Shown here in pieces: positions 12,601-30,051 of a stretch of 56,768 bases of DNA. The position numbers were made by a program, and so were the translations under genes. Under the pieces are notes generated by a model. It saw nothing but the letters and a program-made list of their open reading frames with translations, did not search any database and was not told the origin of the DNA. Numbering within the stretch: the first letter of the stretch is position 1; each line of letters begins with the position of its first letter. The stretch is from contig JAHBMJ010000133.1 of assembly GCA_018398765.1 (NCBI GenBank), positions 1 through 56,768 on the forward strand. The letters are read 5' to 3'. This stretch comes from Chromera velia (Eukaryota).

Positions 12601-15600
12601 CAATCGTTGATTCATTCGTTGATCGTTCAATCGATCGATTGATGACAGTTAAGAGAGAACGCCTTGAGGGAGGGCGGGAGGAAGAGTTGGGCAAGCCTCT
12701 TTTCTTTCCTGATCTTTCTACCGTCCGACAGACCTATTCGTTGACCTCGCCATTCTTTCTTGTTCGGAAGACAGATTGAATGGATAAATAACCGACAGGC
12801 CGTGAATGAATTGGCGTATATTCGTTGTACCAAGGAAAGAGTCGGATGGTCTAGAAGGAACAAAAAAGGCACGTACAGCGTTTGATCGGTTGACAAAGGA
12901 CCAAGATAGAACGAGGAAGGAAGGCATTTTGCCAGAGAGGACCAGACAGAGACTGACTGACTGACTGGTTGTTGTTGCTGAGTGTACAGCGCGATGCGAT
13001 GAGGAGACGTTCACTTACAGGTTGGGTGGGCGCAAGATTGCGTGCGTCGCGGCTGTAACTTTTCTTGCACATATTGATACCTTTCCTCTCACTTCCTCTC
13101 CCTGCCTTACTCCCCCCCTCCCTTCCGATGCGTTTGCGTCGAAGAACTTGCGTGCGTCGTGGAATGATAATAGGTGCGTGAGAGTAACGTGAGCCGGCCG
13201 GAAGAATTGAAGAAAAGAAAGTACATGCCGACAGACAAGTACAGGGGAGGTGGAGGAGATGGCATGCGCATGAAGAGAGAGGAATATGTCGGAGCCAGGC
13301 ATGATCGTACACGCAGGTGGGTGCATGCAATGTGCGTTTGCTTGTGCAAAAGTTCGTGTTTCCCGATATGAAACCCTGTGTGTGTTTTTGCTCGTAAGCC
13401 GTAAGCCGTGAGACGAAACAGATTGTCGGAGGCACTACACGCACCCTGCTTTTTATCTGCCTCTTTGTGTATATATTTGTACGTGCGTTCAGAAAAGACA
13501 TGGATAAACGAATCGAGCAAAAGGAATTAAGGGTGGGAGGGATTTCCAGACGTGCAGTGAAAAGATGAGTGAGAAGACACGAGAAAGTGTGCATACAGAG
13601 CGAGCGAGAGATGAGCCTCGACTGGTTACGGCCGTCTCCATTTTTTTTTGTCACAGAAAAGAAAAGTGAAAGCAGAGCGAGACCAGACCGTCTTTTTTGT
13701 ACGGCACAGATAAGAGACCGGCGCACACCGCGTGAGCGTCCGTCAGGCTCTGTGCATTTAAGTTACGCAACGTATAGGTGCATGCATGAGAAAAGAATGT
13801 CCAGCCTTTTCACATCCGACGAGAGAGAATGTGGTGGACGGATGATGAGATGAAAAGAGAGATGCATGCATGCATGTGTATGCGTTGGCGTGTTTCTGCT
13901 GGCCGTATGTGGGGTGGGTGCCCCTCCCGTTGGCAAGTGAGGGAGGAGTTTCTGTCGAACGAAGACGGACTCCTCTTTGTCGCTGCTTGCTGCGTTGAGC
14001 GCGAGCGCGGCTGCCTGTCTGGGTGTAGCGTTTGCCCGACCGTGTGGGCCTCTGCTTGATTGTCTGGTGTGTGTGAGATGTGTGTCCTTTGTTTGTGAGA
14101 GAGTGTGAATGTGGGTGCGTCTGGACTGACCGAAAGAAAACACAATGTGTGTCCGCATGTCCCAAAGTTTCTCTGGACAGGACAATACAGAGAGAGAAGG
14201 ACTCACCCTAGAGGTGGCGAAAAGGTACGAGGTGTGATTTCCTCATTTCACTTCAACCCCCCTGCTTGTTCTTTTGTTGGAAGTCGGGAGACTTTTCGTT
14301 TTGTTTTGTTTTCTTTGTTGCATGGACGGAAAGCCAAAGCCCGCAGGCCATCAAAGAATGGTAAGCGGGGGCAAGATACAGAATGGATGAGAAAGGGGGC
14401 GAGGAAAGAAGGAGTGCAGGCCCCGCGCGATGGGAGGGAAGTTTGATGTCGACGGAAGACACAAATTTCCTTGCATCGCTTTTTTTTTTTCTGTCCGAAT
14501 CAGGGTGTGTGTTTCGCCGCTGTTGTTTTTCGTGTGTATGCCTCTTTTGTATGTCTGCAAGCAAGTCCGCGTGTCCGCAACCTTGATCATGGTCAGGCAG
14601 AAGGGCGAAGTGAAAGAGAACAAGAGAAAGGAAGAGGAACAGTTAAATTTATGGTGTACGTGGAAATGTGCATCCGTGGCCGCCAGCCAGTCCATGCTCA
14701 ACCGGTCGATGATGTGCGTGACTGTGCGTTTATTTGTACAAGTGCATCCGTCCATCCGTCCGTCTTGAAGCTCTTTGGTATGTGTGCCGTCTCTGGACTC
14801 CTCCGCATGCTCATTGTTGTCCCCCGCTCTTGTTTGTTGCAAGAGAGCGAGGGAGTGAGAAGGAGGGTGAGTGACTGAACATCTTCGCGTGAGATGAATG
14901 GATCGGAAGGAATTCCCTGCCTTTAGCTCAGCAACTACTGTGTGCGTCATATGCACGACTGGAAGAGAAGTGCTGACTCCTGCACTTTGCCTCTCCCCCT
15001 GCTCTCCTGCCTGCCTGCCTCCCTTCGGTGAAATAGAGAAGATAAGAGAGAGTAGCGGAAGGATCGAATATGTGATGGAGGGCGACAACTCTCACCCCCT
15101 TCAACGCAACTCGACTCGACTCGCTCACATTAATCCCTCCCTCCCAACGATTGTTCCTTCGGGAAGGCCCTAGAAAGGGCGTGGGGGAAGATGAAGACAA
15201 TAGAATGACGAGACAGACAGACAGACAGAGAAGAAAGGACCCCCGCCAAGACAACGAGGAGGGATTCATTGAGAAAAGTTCAAAGCCCACCGGTTCGTAT
15301 TTCTACCAGAGACAAAGAGTGTGAGGCAGTTGCTTGATCGGCGTATTCTGGACTGATTGAATGAATGAATGAATGAATGTTCCTCTTGGAGCTAGGGCCT
15401 GCTGGGAGACAACAAACAAGTGCAACAAGGAGGAAACTTGAATGTGGATTGGGAGGGGCCGGGGGGGGATGAAGTTGCCAGAAGGCGTTAAAAGGAATTG
15501 GTCATCTTCTCTTTCAAACGGTAGGCAGACAGACAGAAGACGCTTTCTAAGCAAGCAGTCAGTGAGTTCGTGTCGCAAAGCGCGCGCACTGCTGCTGCTC

Positions 15601-16672
15601 ATTCTATCCTTCGTTTGTGTGGTGTCCTCTGCCTCCCCTACTCTCTCCCTACATTTCTTCCCCCTCTGCATATGTGCCTGTGTATGTCTAAGTGTGTGTG
15701 CGTGTGTATGTGTGAGTGTGTGGAAGTGTGTGAGGAACTATCGATCCTCCCAAGAGGGAATCGGGTCTCTTCGTGTGGATCGATCGATCGAAGTTGTGAT
15801 GGAAATCGGGGTTCCTTGCCTGCATGGGTAGAAAGAACGAAAGGAAGGAAGACTCGATCGAAGGAACGAAGAAAGTTTTGTAATGTCTTCAGGAATCAGC
15901 GAACCTCGTCTCGTTGCTGGAACTCCTGCGTGTGTGTGGAGCGAAGGAAACAGCTGATTGTCTAGCTGCTTGTCAATGTCTCTCTCCCTCTCCCTCCCTC
16001 CCTCTCTCTCTCTCTCTCTGACTCTCATTCTTCTGCTCCTCTCTGTCAACCTCGAAGTAAAACGAACAATCAGCAGAGTCTCTTTGTGCCATGGCTGCAT
16101 GGCCGGAGTATTTGAGACCTTCCTTCAAGGTCCTCCCCTCAAATAAAAATAAGTCAAACAAAACTGTCAAAGCGTCTTCCGATGGACAAAGAGAAAAGAA
16201 TCATTGTGTGATGTCTTTGATCGATACCAAAAATCCGGTAGGAAGAAAAATGCAATTGGAACTCGTAAGCGGACGCAGGCGTGTTTCCATCTCGTCAACC
16301 TTTTTGTCTAGCTTTTTGTACGTGACATTTAAATCACTTAAAAACACGTTTAAAACAGAATAAAACTTGAATACACTTAACAATAGTCTTAATCATTGCA
16401 CTTAATGCATTATTAGTTATAATTGATATTGTAAATTCTAGTAATAATTACTAGAATAATTATTAGACTATAGTAGTAGTATTGCAATGCTAGTTGCAAT
16501 GATTACATACTAGAGCCGTATCTTATAGGATCTGTTTTATTATAGCCAAGTCCAAGCAATTGTCCAAGCTAAATGGAGAATTTGGTTGATTTGTATATAA
16601 AGCGGATTTGTTAATTAAAATGCTTAGCCAATATATTTAACAGTATATTTAGCAGAAGTTTGGACGTACGGT

Positions 16673-17898
16673 CTAGGCGTAGGCCATTTAACTCTAAATT
16701 TTATTGGGCGTTTTTCTTTCCATTTTTTTTTTAAAAGTTTTTTTTTTTTTAAGAGTTTTGATGTTGATGCCTAGGTTGATGCTAGGGACTTAGTCTTCAC
16801 CTTCTATTCACTATAGCCTCTTCAAAAACTTTAAGGACAATTATAGGACAATTGAAAGTAAATGAATTGATCGAATATGCTTTATTGGTTGATCAACAAG
16901 TCTGAGCAGTAAGGAAAATGAAACCATGTTCATTCAGAGAGCTTCGAACCGCAGTCTTCACTCTTGCGTGCCGAACCCGAGGTTGAGCCCCTACTGAACC
17001 ATGTTGAGCCCCTACTACAGATCATCTCAACATACCCCCCCACAGCCGTCTTGCACCAACCTTGCCTTCAAGAGCACCGCCTTGACCGTGTTCAGGCAGA
17101 GGGGAGATGGGTGACGGATGAAGCTAGCCAGGTCATAAAAGAAAAAGCGTGGGTATGGTTGTACACATTGAGCAAATTGAAAGGAGAGAAGGGGGGGGTA
17201 GAGTATTATGAATTAGCGTAAGTGCAGGCTGTTTTTAATACTTCAGGAGGTTGATCCAAAACACAAAGATTGGACAGTCAAGTGTCTTCGCGCCCCTCTA
17301 TTTGAGCGCAGTGGCGAAACAGCAACATTTGGTCTGATGGTTGAAGACAATGATGTGACTCGTGTTGAAAACATTCTTCAAGTTGCAAACATCTCTGACT
17401 ATAAGTCTATGAGAAGATTCGAAGAAAGAAGATGACGATGCCAGCGGGTAACAAAGGCTTTGTAGGGGGGTCGGCAGAGGTTCCTCTCAAAGTGGTTGAA
17501 GTGTTGAAAGACTTGGAAGGCAACGCGCGTGTTCTATGACCATTCAAACAAGTTTAATCATACATATAATACTATAAATTTAAATATAAAAATTTTAAGT
17601 AAAAAATGTATGAAATAATTAATGTAAAATATACTAGGAAATAATAGAAAAAATGACTAGGAAAATATAGACCTAGAAACGAAAGATATTTATTGAGTGA
17701 AAAAAAAAGTTCTTGTAAACAACTATAAGTATTTTAAAAAAATTCGTTGGGGTTTTAAAAGTTCCAAACCGGTCTTAAATTGTTTAAGCCTCTTTTAGTT
17801 TTTGCAAGGGGGGTATTTTTGTAAATAAATTTTATTCAAGGCTTTTTTCATTTTTTTTTTTTTAAGTTTTTTTTTTTTTTTTAATGGCCTACGCCTAG
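16673..17898. mobile_element. Non-autonomous TIR DNA transposon (1226 bp) with an 8-bp TSD, hAT/P-like
   Basis: Perfect 16-bp inverted repeats CTAGGCGTAGGCCATT (16673-16688 and 17883-17898). Flanking 8-mers CGTACGGT (16665-16672) and CGTACCGT (17899-17906). AT-rich interior with no intact transposase. Confidence 0.75.
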
Positions 17899-18354
17899 CG
17901 TACCGTTATATTTTAGCCAAATATATTTAAATATATATCGATATAAAAGCTAATAAAAGCACAAATATTTCTATACAGTCAGGATACTAGAATATGTATA
18001 TGTTTTATTGTCGGTCGGCGATCACTCCTTTAATGACTCCGATGATAATATTAGATAATATAATAGTAATTATGTGTTTAAGCTAATATTTTATTGAACC
18101 TATACTATATTTACCTTACGTGTCATCCATGCAACCTGATGCAGGTAAGAGAGATTCCCAAGAATATCTGGAAAAATATTTTCAGATGTTTCACATGCAG
18201 TTTCAGTATCATAAACATTCCTAGAAACATTCCCTAGAACATTACATTCATTAATCTAGTCATTAATTTGTATGATGCATAAATTGAAACATTTACTACG
18301 ATATTTACGTTGGAACCAACGTCCAGACTTAACGAAACATATCTAGAAACATAT

Positions 18355-22192
<3,838 letters not shown>

Positions 22193-24857
22193 TTCGGTAG
22201 CGAAGCCTCACCGACCGGATTCACAAAGCAGTCAATCGAGCATACAGAAATGATTGCGAAGGGAAAAGCTTTGTCATTCTGTTGATGCACATTCAATACC
22301 ACATGTGCATATAAAACAAACACCCTGAACCTTTGTACGCAAAAACTTGAAGAAGAAGCCATGCAATTATTAATATATAAGCCGGTCGGGCTGTCAAAAA
22401 AAGTGAGCCGAGCTAAAGCTTTCCGGGGCCACCAAACTTTAAAATTCCACGTGCGCGTTTGGTAAGTGCCCCCATGTGCCCCCCGCGCTTCGCTTTCCGG
22501 GGCTTTTTTTTTGCTTATAGTATGGCGAACCATATGTGTCCGAATGATGTCCGAATGCATGTGTCCGATACCTATATAGAAGTCTTGTCTTCTGGTTGTC
22601 AGCCTGCATGAGTTCTCCGGAAGCAGCAGATTTGTTATTAATCTTTTAAATACAATCAATGATGATTCGCGGGTTCAGAGAGTGACAAAAGACAAGGAGT
22701 GCTCAGTGAATCACTCCCAGAGGATATGCCAACGCAGAGTGAGGACAAGAACGACACACAAAAAACAGAGGTTTTTCGAAGCAACAGAAAACTGCGAGCT
22801 ACTGCATTTTCCTGTCTCCCTTGCCTCCACGTCTGTCGTGCACGCGAGAGGCACTTCGGAAAGTTGAGAAGGGGAGGGGAGGGAAGGGGAGGCTCTGGCT
22901 GGTGCGGAGCGGTGTTGGCACAGATATATAGCAGACGGAAACTCGCACCGAGAGGCAACATTGTTGTGCTGTGTCGCGCGACTTTCTTCTTTTTGCACTT
23001 GGGCAGACTGCCACAAAAATGGACGAAAAAGAATGCACTGTTGGCCCCTTGGTGAGGTAAGTGAAGAAAGATCGAAAGCGGTCAGGTGTTGAGGGATGTT
23101 TCTTCTCCCGTCGGTTCGATGCCTTCATACTCATGTTCTGCAACACCTCAAAGACTGCAAACGGGTGCATCGATCTTTCATGCATGCATGGCCCTGCGGT
23201 CGCATCTTCTTTTCCGGCGTCAAACTTCTGAGTCGAATTTCATGGACCCTGATCCCCTTCTGGTATATTTCTGCAGGAGACACAATCCAAGGCATGCAGC
23301 CTCCCGCAAAGAAGGAGGTCGGTCGATGGAGAGCTGTATATTGTTTCTGTCGGGCATGCACCAGTTGAGATGTGAAGACAGAAGCTGAAGAGAGGTTTGA
23401 TTCCCGACAGTCTTTCCTCTCCCCGTGACGGGTTTATGCTGGCAGGCAGACGGGATCAATGATTTCCTTGTGACTCTTTGCGCAGGTGACCTCTGGCGTG
23501 GCGTCTTCATCTGCTGGCTTGCGTGGTGCTGCCTCTGCTCGTCTTCCGGGAGTCCTTCCTGGAGAGAAGGAGGATGCCGAAGGAAAAGGAGAAGGGGAGA
23601 CGAGAGAGAAGAAGAAAAAGAAAAAGGAAAGAAAGAAAGAAAGAGCGCCCGGCCCGACTGACAGCCTGTCTGCCTCTGGTTCTGTCTCTGCTGCAGGGCC
23701 TCCCCGTTCCAGAAGGGGAAGACGAGGAAGATGAGGAGGCAGCTAGGGGAAGAAGGGGACTCAGGAGTCAAGAGAGAGAAGAAGAAAAAGAAGGATAAGG
23801 AGAGTCGCACCGACGGTGTCATCCTTCCCCCACTGGCCGCACATGAGCAGCCTCAGAAGGAAAAGGAGGGAGGGAGGGAGGGACAGCGAGAGACGGGGGG
23901 AGAAAGAGTGTCGTCCTCTGCCGCCTCAGAAGGGCAGCAAGAAGAGAAACAGAGAGACGGAAGAGGAGAGGGATGAGGAGGTCGAGGCTGTCCCCCCGTC
24001 CCCCAACACAAAAAAACAGGTCTGTCACTCAGCTGCCCCCCATTGAAATTTTTTTCTTTTCCTACATGAAGAAAAAGGCAGATCCGCGTGTATGGATAGG
24101 CGTGGTGCTGGCTGTATGAGTGCCTTCCTTTTTTTCGGGACGTGTCGTCCTCCACATGTTGCAAGACGTTGTGTGTCTTTCTCGTCAACAATCTGTTTCG
24201 CTTCCTTTTTCCTCTCCGGCATTTTCTTCCTTGCTGTAACTGTCTGGGGTGGCCTCTTGACAATTATGCCCACCTGCCCGTCTGTCTCTGTCTCTTTCTC
24301 TTTCTCTCGGCTCGGAAATCTTAAGCCTCTTCGTGCTCTTGGCGTGAATCTGAAAAGGGCCTGACTCCTTTATCATCCCCTGCATTTGCGACTGCGTGTG
24401 CAGAGGATAACTTTATCTTCTGAGGAGGCCCAAGAAAAAATTCAGGTGAGCGTTCAATATTCTCTCATTTCTCTTTCGTTCATTTCTGTCGCCGCGGCAT
24501 GAATTCGAGAGTCATTGTCCAAAGCAGTGAGAAGAGAGACGGAGCGGCATGTGCAGCTGGGAGGGCATAAGCAGCAAGCGAGAAAGGTTGGCAGCTGGGA
24601 GGGACGGGAGGGCAACAGCCTGTCGGCTCTGTCCCAAAATTTTCTCTCTTTCCATACGTCTCTTCCCTTAGTTAATCTAACCGTTTTTTCATCCGGTGCC
24701 GTCCCCTTTCATCTCCTTTTCACTTCATTTCTCTTGGTTGTTGTTTGTCAGGAGGCACGGGAGGGCCTTTTTTAAAAAAGAGACGAAAGCTGTCCCCACA
24801 GGTCTTTCTTTCCTCACATTTTCTTTCCCTCTCGATCTCGTGCACCCTCTTGTCCCC

Positions 24858-25147
24858 NNNNNNNNNNNNNNNNNNNNNNNNNNNNNNNNNNNNNNNNNNN
24901 NNNNNNNNNNNNNNNNNNNNNNNNNNNNNNNNNNNNNNNNNNNNNNNNNNNNNNNNNNNNNNNNNNNNNNNNNNNNNNNNNNNNNNNNNNNNNNNNNNNN
25001 NNNNNNNNNNNNNNNNNNNNNNNNNNNNNNNNNNNNNNNNNNNNNNNNNNNNNNNNNNNNNNNNNNNNNNNNNNNNNNNNNNNNNNNNNNNNNNNNNNNN
25101 NNNNNNNNNNNNNNNNNNNNNNNNNNNNNNNNNNNNNNNNNNNNNNN
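24858..25147. other. Assembly gap (290 N)
   Basis: Run of N. Confidence 1.
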
Positions 25148-25216
25148 CCCTTCTCTCTCTCTCTCTCTCTCTCTCTATGTGTGTGTGTGTATGTGTGTCG
25201 TTTGGATGAACTGCAG

Positions 25217-26468
25217 GGAATTGAAAAAAGGAGGAGAAAGCCGCTTCGCCGCGCCGCTTTCAAGTGTCAGCCCAAGAAGCCTGTGAAGAAACAGTCTCAT
25301 CCGATTCGATTCGCACTCCCGTCTCTCTGGGTAGGCGGACAGTTTCTGATGTCCGAATAAATCGAAGGAGGAAGGAGTACCTTGTCAGTAGGGGGGATTC
25401 GGTGAGTGGACAGTGGCGACCTCTGGAGAAGTTAAAGGCGCACTTCCCTCTTCTCCGCAAGTTTCACAGAACGAACCGCATCCCTGTGCCTCCCCAGGTC
25501 GTCTCAGATTGGACGGTCCGATCAATAATTGTCCATTTTGCCTCCTCTTTCCTTCCGTTTTCGCTCCTCTCACACACATGCCCCCGAGAAGGCAAGTCGT
25601 CCGGCTTTTGGCTCTGGCTGTCTTGCATTCTCTTGTGCTGTTGCATAGAGCAGTGACGGACTCACTGATTTGCAGATTTTGTTATGGGACTGCCGTGTCT
25701 TTCCACCGGATGCTGCTAAACCGCCCCTTTTGATCCGTTTCTGAGCAGAGTCGGCCTGTCTGCACTGTCCCTTACGGTACCTTTGCGCCATCCGAAAGAC
25801 ACGAATGGGAACGGCCACCTTTTGACAATGTGCTTTCACTTCTGCTATCAACTTGATTTGTCCCTGTCTGTGTCTATGCAGAGACCTGTCAGTGTGGTGG
25901 ACTACTTTGCGGGTCCACAGGGCAGGATGCACGAAACGCAGGTCTGTCTGTCCGCGTCCATGCATGTGTCTTTCTTTCCTTCCGGCCGGTCGTGTTAGGC
26001 CTGCTCGGTCTCTTTTGGCGTGTCTGTCTCTGTGTCTCTCTCGCCGACCGCACTGCGCAGGCGGAGCAGCTGCATGGTGGTTTGTCGTCGGTGTTCCGCG
26101 CGTTTTGACTCGATCCCAAATTTGGGGTCCATGCAGGCCTTGCTTAGTTGCTCAGTCGGTGTACTGGTGTGCGTGCGTGCACTGAGAAGTCGATGATTAG
26201 ACCGAGGGGGGCAGAATGCGCTGGTGTTCCCTTTTCTTTCAACTCCTCCATCCATCCATCCATGCAGGTTCGGGTGCAATGGAACTAGGAGTCTCTCAAA
26301 GAGGAGCTCCTTCTCGGAGGAAACGAGTGGATGACGATCTCCAGTCTGTTCTCGTCGTTCCCTGACGCCCTCGATCCGGTCGTTGCGTACACAAGGTCAC
26401 AAGGAGTCAGGCTGCCGGGGCTGTATGATGTGATGGTGGGTCCTTCGGGAGGGCCGGGGAAGAGCTAA
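25217..26468 (+). pseudogene. Possible decayed multi-exon gene with chromodomain-like segments; upstream exons may lie at 23.4-24.6 kb
   Basis: VSDVRINRRRKEYLVSRGDSVSGQWRPLEKLKAHFPLLRKF resembles a chromo fold. The exon-like segment 26268-26468 (VRVQWN*ESLKEELLLGGNEWMTISSLFSSFPDALDPVVAY) has an in-frame TAG at 26286. Confidence 0.3.
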
Positions 26469-27349
26469 AAGTCCGTGCTGGCGTTTTTGTTTCAACTTTT
26501 CTCGTATCTGTTTGATGGCGTTGTTTGACTGACATCCGTCAAGCATTCACTGAAGACTTAGAAACGCTTAGAAAGGAGCTGGCCGGATCGAAGAATTAAA
26601 GCACTGACGTCCTGATGCTGTGACAAAAGGTAGACGGAGGACAGTGTCCCCGTAAGCGTAGGTAGACGGATAATTGACTGTAACTTTTGGCCGCTCAGTG
26701 GATTCTTTATGCTTCTCCGCCCTCTTTCCTTCCCACCGCAATACTGCTTGCAGAATCCTACAAAGATTCAGGTCAGGAAGAAGAGGTTGTTTCTTTCTTC
26801 TTGCTGATCTTGCTGTTGTTGAGACGGGGAATTGGAGATGGATTAGGAATGACAGCCCCGCTTGCATGCATCCTTCTCTACATTCATTTTCGGCCTCATT
26901 AGTCTTCACCTTCGAAGTGTCCTGCTCTATTTTTTTCATTACCTGCTCCGCGATTGAGGGCGAGCATTCATGACAAGAATCAAACAGAAATGCAGGCATT
27001 CCTTCTCGATCTCGATCTCTCTTAGATTTTGTTCATTTCTTTCCTCTCTGTTGATGTCTGTGCTAAGGAACTGCAGGAGGGAACATCCAGCCACACCTCC
27101 ACGAACTACTACGAAGAAAATTGGTAAAAATTGGGTCTAGCTAGAAGAGAAGATCAGTGGATCGATAATGCTTTCAATACCAATCATCCAGATGACGTAA
27201 AGTTTATTTGTCAGCATTGTTATTATGTGCAGAAGCATGAAGCTTAAATATTAACATGCATGCCTCTATTCAGCCCGCCTCGTACAAAGCTTAACTTTAA
27301 AATTTTATTATCATAATTTTATGTATTTTGACCGAATCATAGCATAACA

Positions 27350-27512
27350 TAAGATAGGATTAATGTTTTGAGGATTTGCCTCCTGCCTCAATCATTTGGC
27401 CCCAATGCCGAGCGCTCGACGTGCGGCGTCCAAGAAAAGCGTATACATGCGTGAGACCTTCCTGGCCAACCAGCACAGGCCAAAAGACCTGTGCCGCAAA
27501 CTGTTTACATGC
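27350..27512 (+). repeat. Diverged dispersed repeat, copy 1; homologous to the reverse complement of about 46938-47130
   Basis: Co-linear shared blocks: taggatt.atgt...gaggatt.gc.tcc; ccccaatgcc; cga.gtgc.gc.tccaag; gcacagg..cctgtgccgcaaac.gtttaca. Confidence 0.75.
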
Positions 27513-28323
27513 TTGGTAATCAATCAATTACTATCAAATTAGTATTAATATATATTGCTGTTAGGATAGGATACGATTTCTGTTCCGGGTGCCCCCCGCA
27601 GTGCATTGCCCAGAAAAGGCTTGTTTGTACTATAAAATGTAAAAGCTGATCGACGTTTGTATTTTTAGTTTCACTTGACTATGACTATATGATGCGCCAT
27701 CGTTATTTATATCGAGAGCTAGCTGGATACTTCTAATGTTAGTAAACAAGGAAAAGATGTTTCACTTCCGAATTAACCTTTTAAATTTTAAATGATCCCA
27801 AATCATATCATCCAAATAACTAATATAAACAATCAATCAATCAATTAACTTAATTCTAGCTACATTTAAATTAACTTTTTCTAGAGCTTTTTGGAGATAA
27901 ACATTCATAAGAGCATCCAAGTAGACGTTCAATTAATGAGTTTTTGTATGAATATCTATGTCACTGTCACATATTGATTCATCAACACTAATTAACACAA
28001 AGGCTGACAAAGCACGATTCTACACGAAACTCCGAATATGTGCACAAGCAAGTTTATCAACAAATTTTGTAACAATTTATTTAGGAGGTGAAGCCGTATG
28101 CATGTGTACCCGCCCGCTCTCCCTTGTAGTACCCCCCCTCGCCTCATCTCCCTCTACCTTGCTGAGAAAAGGACAAAAAGACAACCACACTTGCATGCAG
28201 GCCATCAAAAGAACCCCACCCCGTTCAAACCCCCTTCAGGGTCTTCTTCTTCAGTCCCCTCCCTTGAACGATATCTTTCCTTCATTCCCCTTCCCTCAAA
28301 CCCGAGCTTCCTTCTTCTCCCTT

Positions 28324-30013
28324 TCACATTCTCTGCTGTTGCACCTGACTCAACAAATCCACCGCCCGCACCCGCACGCCCCTGCTCTCCACCCATCGCA
28401 TCCAAGGTCCCCAATGAGTCATGTCCTGGCTGCAATCACAAAGAAACACACAGGGAGGGAAGCCAGGGGGATGCACAAAGAACAGAAGGTTGAGGAATGC
28501 ATTGAATCCCCCCCAAAGGTTTGTTGCCGCTTCTCGTCTTATTATGGCGATTCTTCCCGATGCACCATCACTTCCCGCACTGTATGCAGAGAAGACAAAG
28601 CGACAAATGCGAAGAGGTCAGAGTAATGGAGAGAGACGAAGTGATGCACGCGAGCAACCAACTAGCGAAAAAGTACGCGCACACATGTGCGAAGGGAGCG
28701 CGTGTGCAATCCTGCGAGGAGCCTGTCCAAAGAAAACTGCGGACATTATGTGGAAAGCGTTACGGAGAAAAACAAAAACAAGGCGATCGATCGATGGTCA
28801 AATGATAACATGGGACGGAGGGACAAACGAGGAAAACGTACAGCTTTGACAGCCTCCCTACCTACCGCATGTAGCCTGCACATCCTCAAGCAATAAGATT
28901 CCTTTCATTTTCCTTCCAACAGACCTCAGGGTGTTTCCGTCCCCTACAACGATCAGGCCTCTCTTTGCTCTCGTCAGCATCACGTTCATACGACGGGGGT
29001 CGGAGAGGAATCCGATCTCTCCCTGCAAGGCAGAAAGAAGAAACAGAGGTCAGGACAGAGGAAGGGAGAAAGATGCTATCTGCTTACATATTCAGCGTTC
29101 TCTTTCTCGCACAAGAACGAAAAAGAAGAGCGCCAGCATGCACAAGTAGCAAAAAGGACAAACCGAGAGCCGACAGTAGCCGGGTCTAGAGTCGCGTTTC
29201 CTTTATACCGCATTGAATCCATACGGCATGCAAGAGAAATAGAGAGGCCGACAGAAAAGGAACCTCACAGGGAGGGGAAAGAAGGAAACCAAACGATCCA
29301 TCGATTCTTCATTCCATTCCATTCCCTTCCAGCCCCGTCACCCCATCCCCCTCCAAGCACTTCACATCACTCACCCTCGAATTGGAACGCACAGCAGAGA
29401 AGATGATCAGGTCTCTCTCCATGCCCTGCATCCATCCATCCATCCATCCATCCATCCATTGAGGTCGGTTCTCGAGATTCTCATTGCAACAGCTATCTGT
29501 TCTCGGTTTTACCGTCTCTATACTTTCTCTCTGACGTACACAAATACATACACGTACAAACTTTGTCTCTCTTTTTGTCCTACTTTAGGAAGTGCATGAG
29601 GAGTCCAGATTGAAGAGACGAAAGGCCGGACGGAACAAAAGGGATGGTCAGATAGACAATGAAAGAAAAAGGTGTCGCTGGAGATGATGAAAGAGGTCCG
29701 TTGCCTCCACTGTAGAGGCAAAGGTGTCTTCTTGATAGCACTTTCCAGTGCGTTGTACACTCCAAAATGTATCAGAACCCCCAGCCTCTACGGGAATGAA
29801 GACAAGATAGAAAGACAGAACCACTGACGGACAGACAGATAGACCGACCTGAAATCCGTCAACTGTGTCGACAGAAATTGGACCCGTCATGGAGTTCTCC
29901 TGCGACTCAACAGAGTTGACGCAAATAGACAGACAGACACTGGTCAAAAAGCAGAAAATTTCAACGACTACGAACGAGAAAAGAAAGACAGACAGATACG
30001 TACACACAGAGAG

Positions 30014-30051
<38 letters not shown>

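Noticed and set aside
10017..13875. Frequent TGCATGCA motifs (ApiAP2-type site)
   Set aside because: They occur throughout introns and intergenic DNA, so no specific site can be supported
9700..16200. Many short ORFs downstream of the PKS as possible tailoring genes or a cluster
   Set aside because: Low-complexity simple-repeat DNA; no domain motifs or coherent exon chain; neighbouring genes are unrelated to polyketide metabolism
22470..22580. gtgccccccgc similarity to about 27589 and a triple tgtccga motif upstream of STN1
   Set aside because: Match too short to establish homology or function
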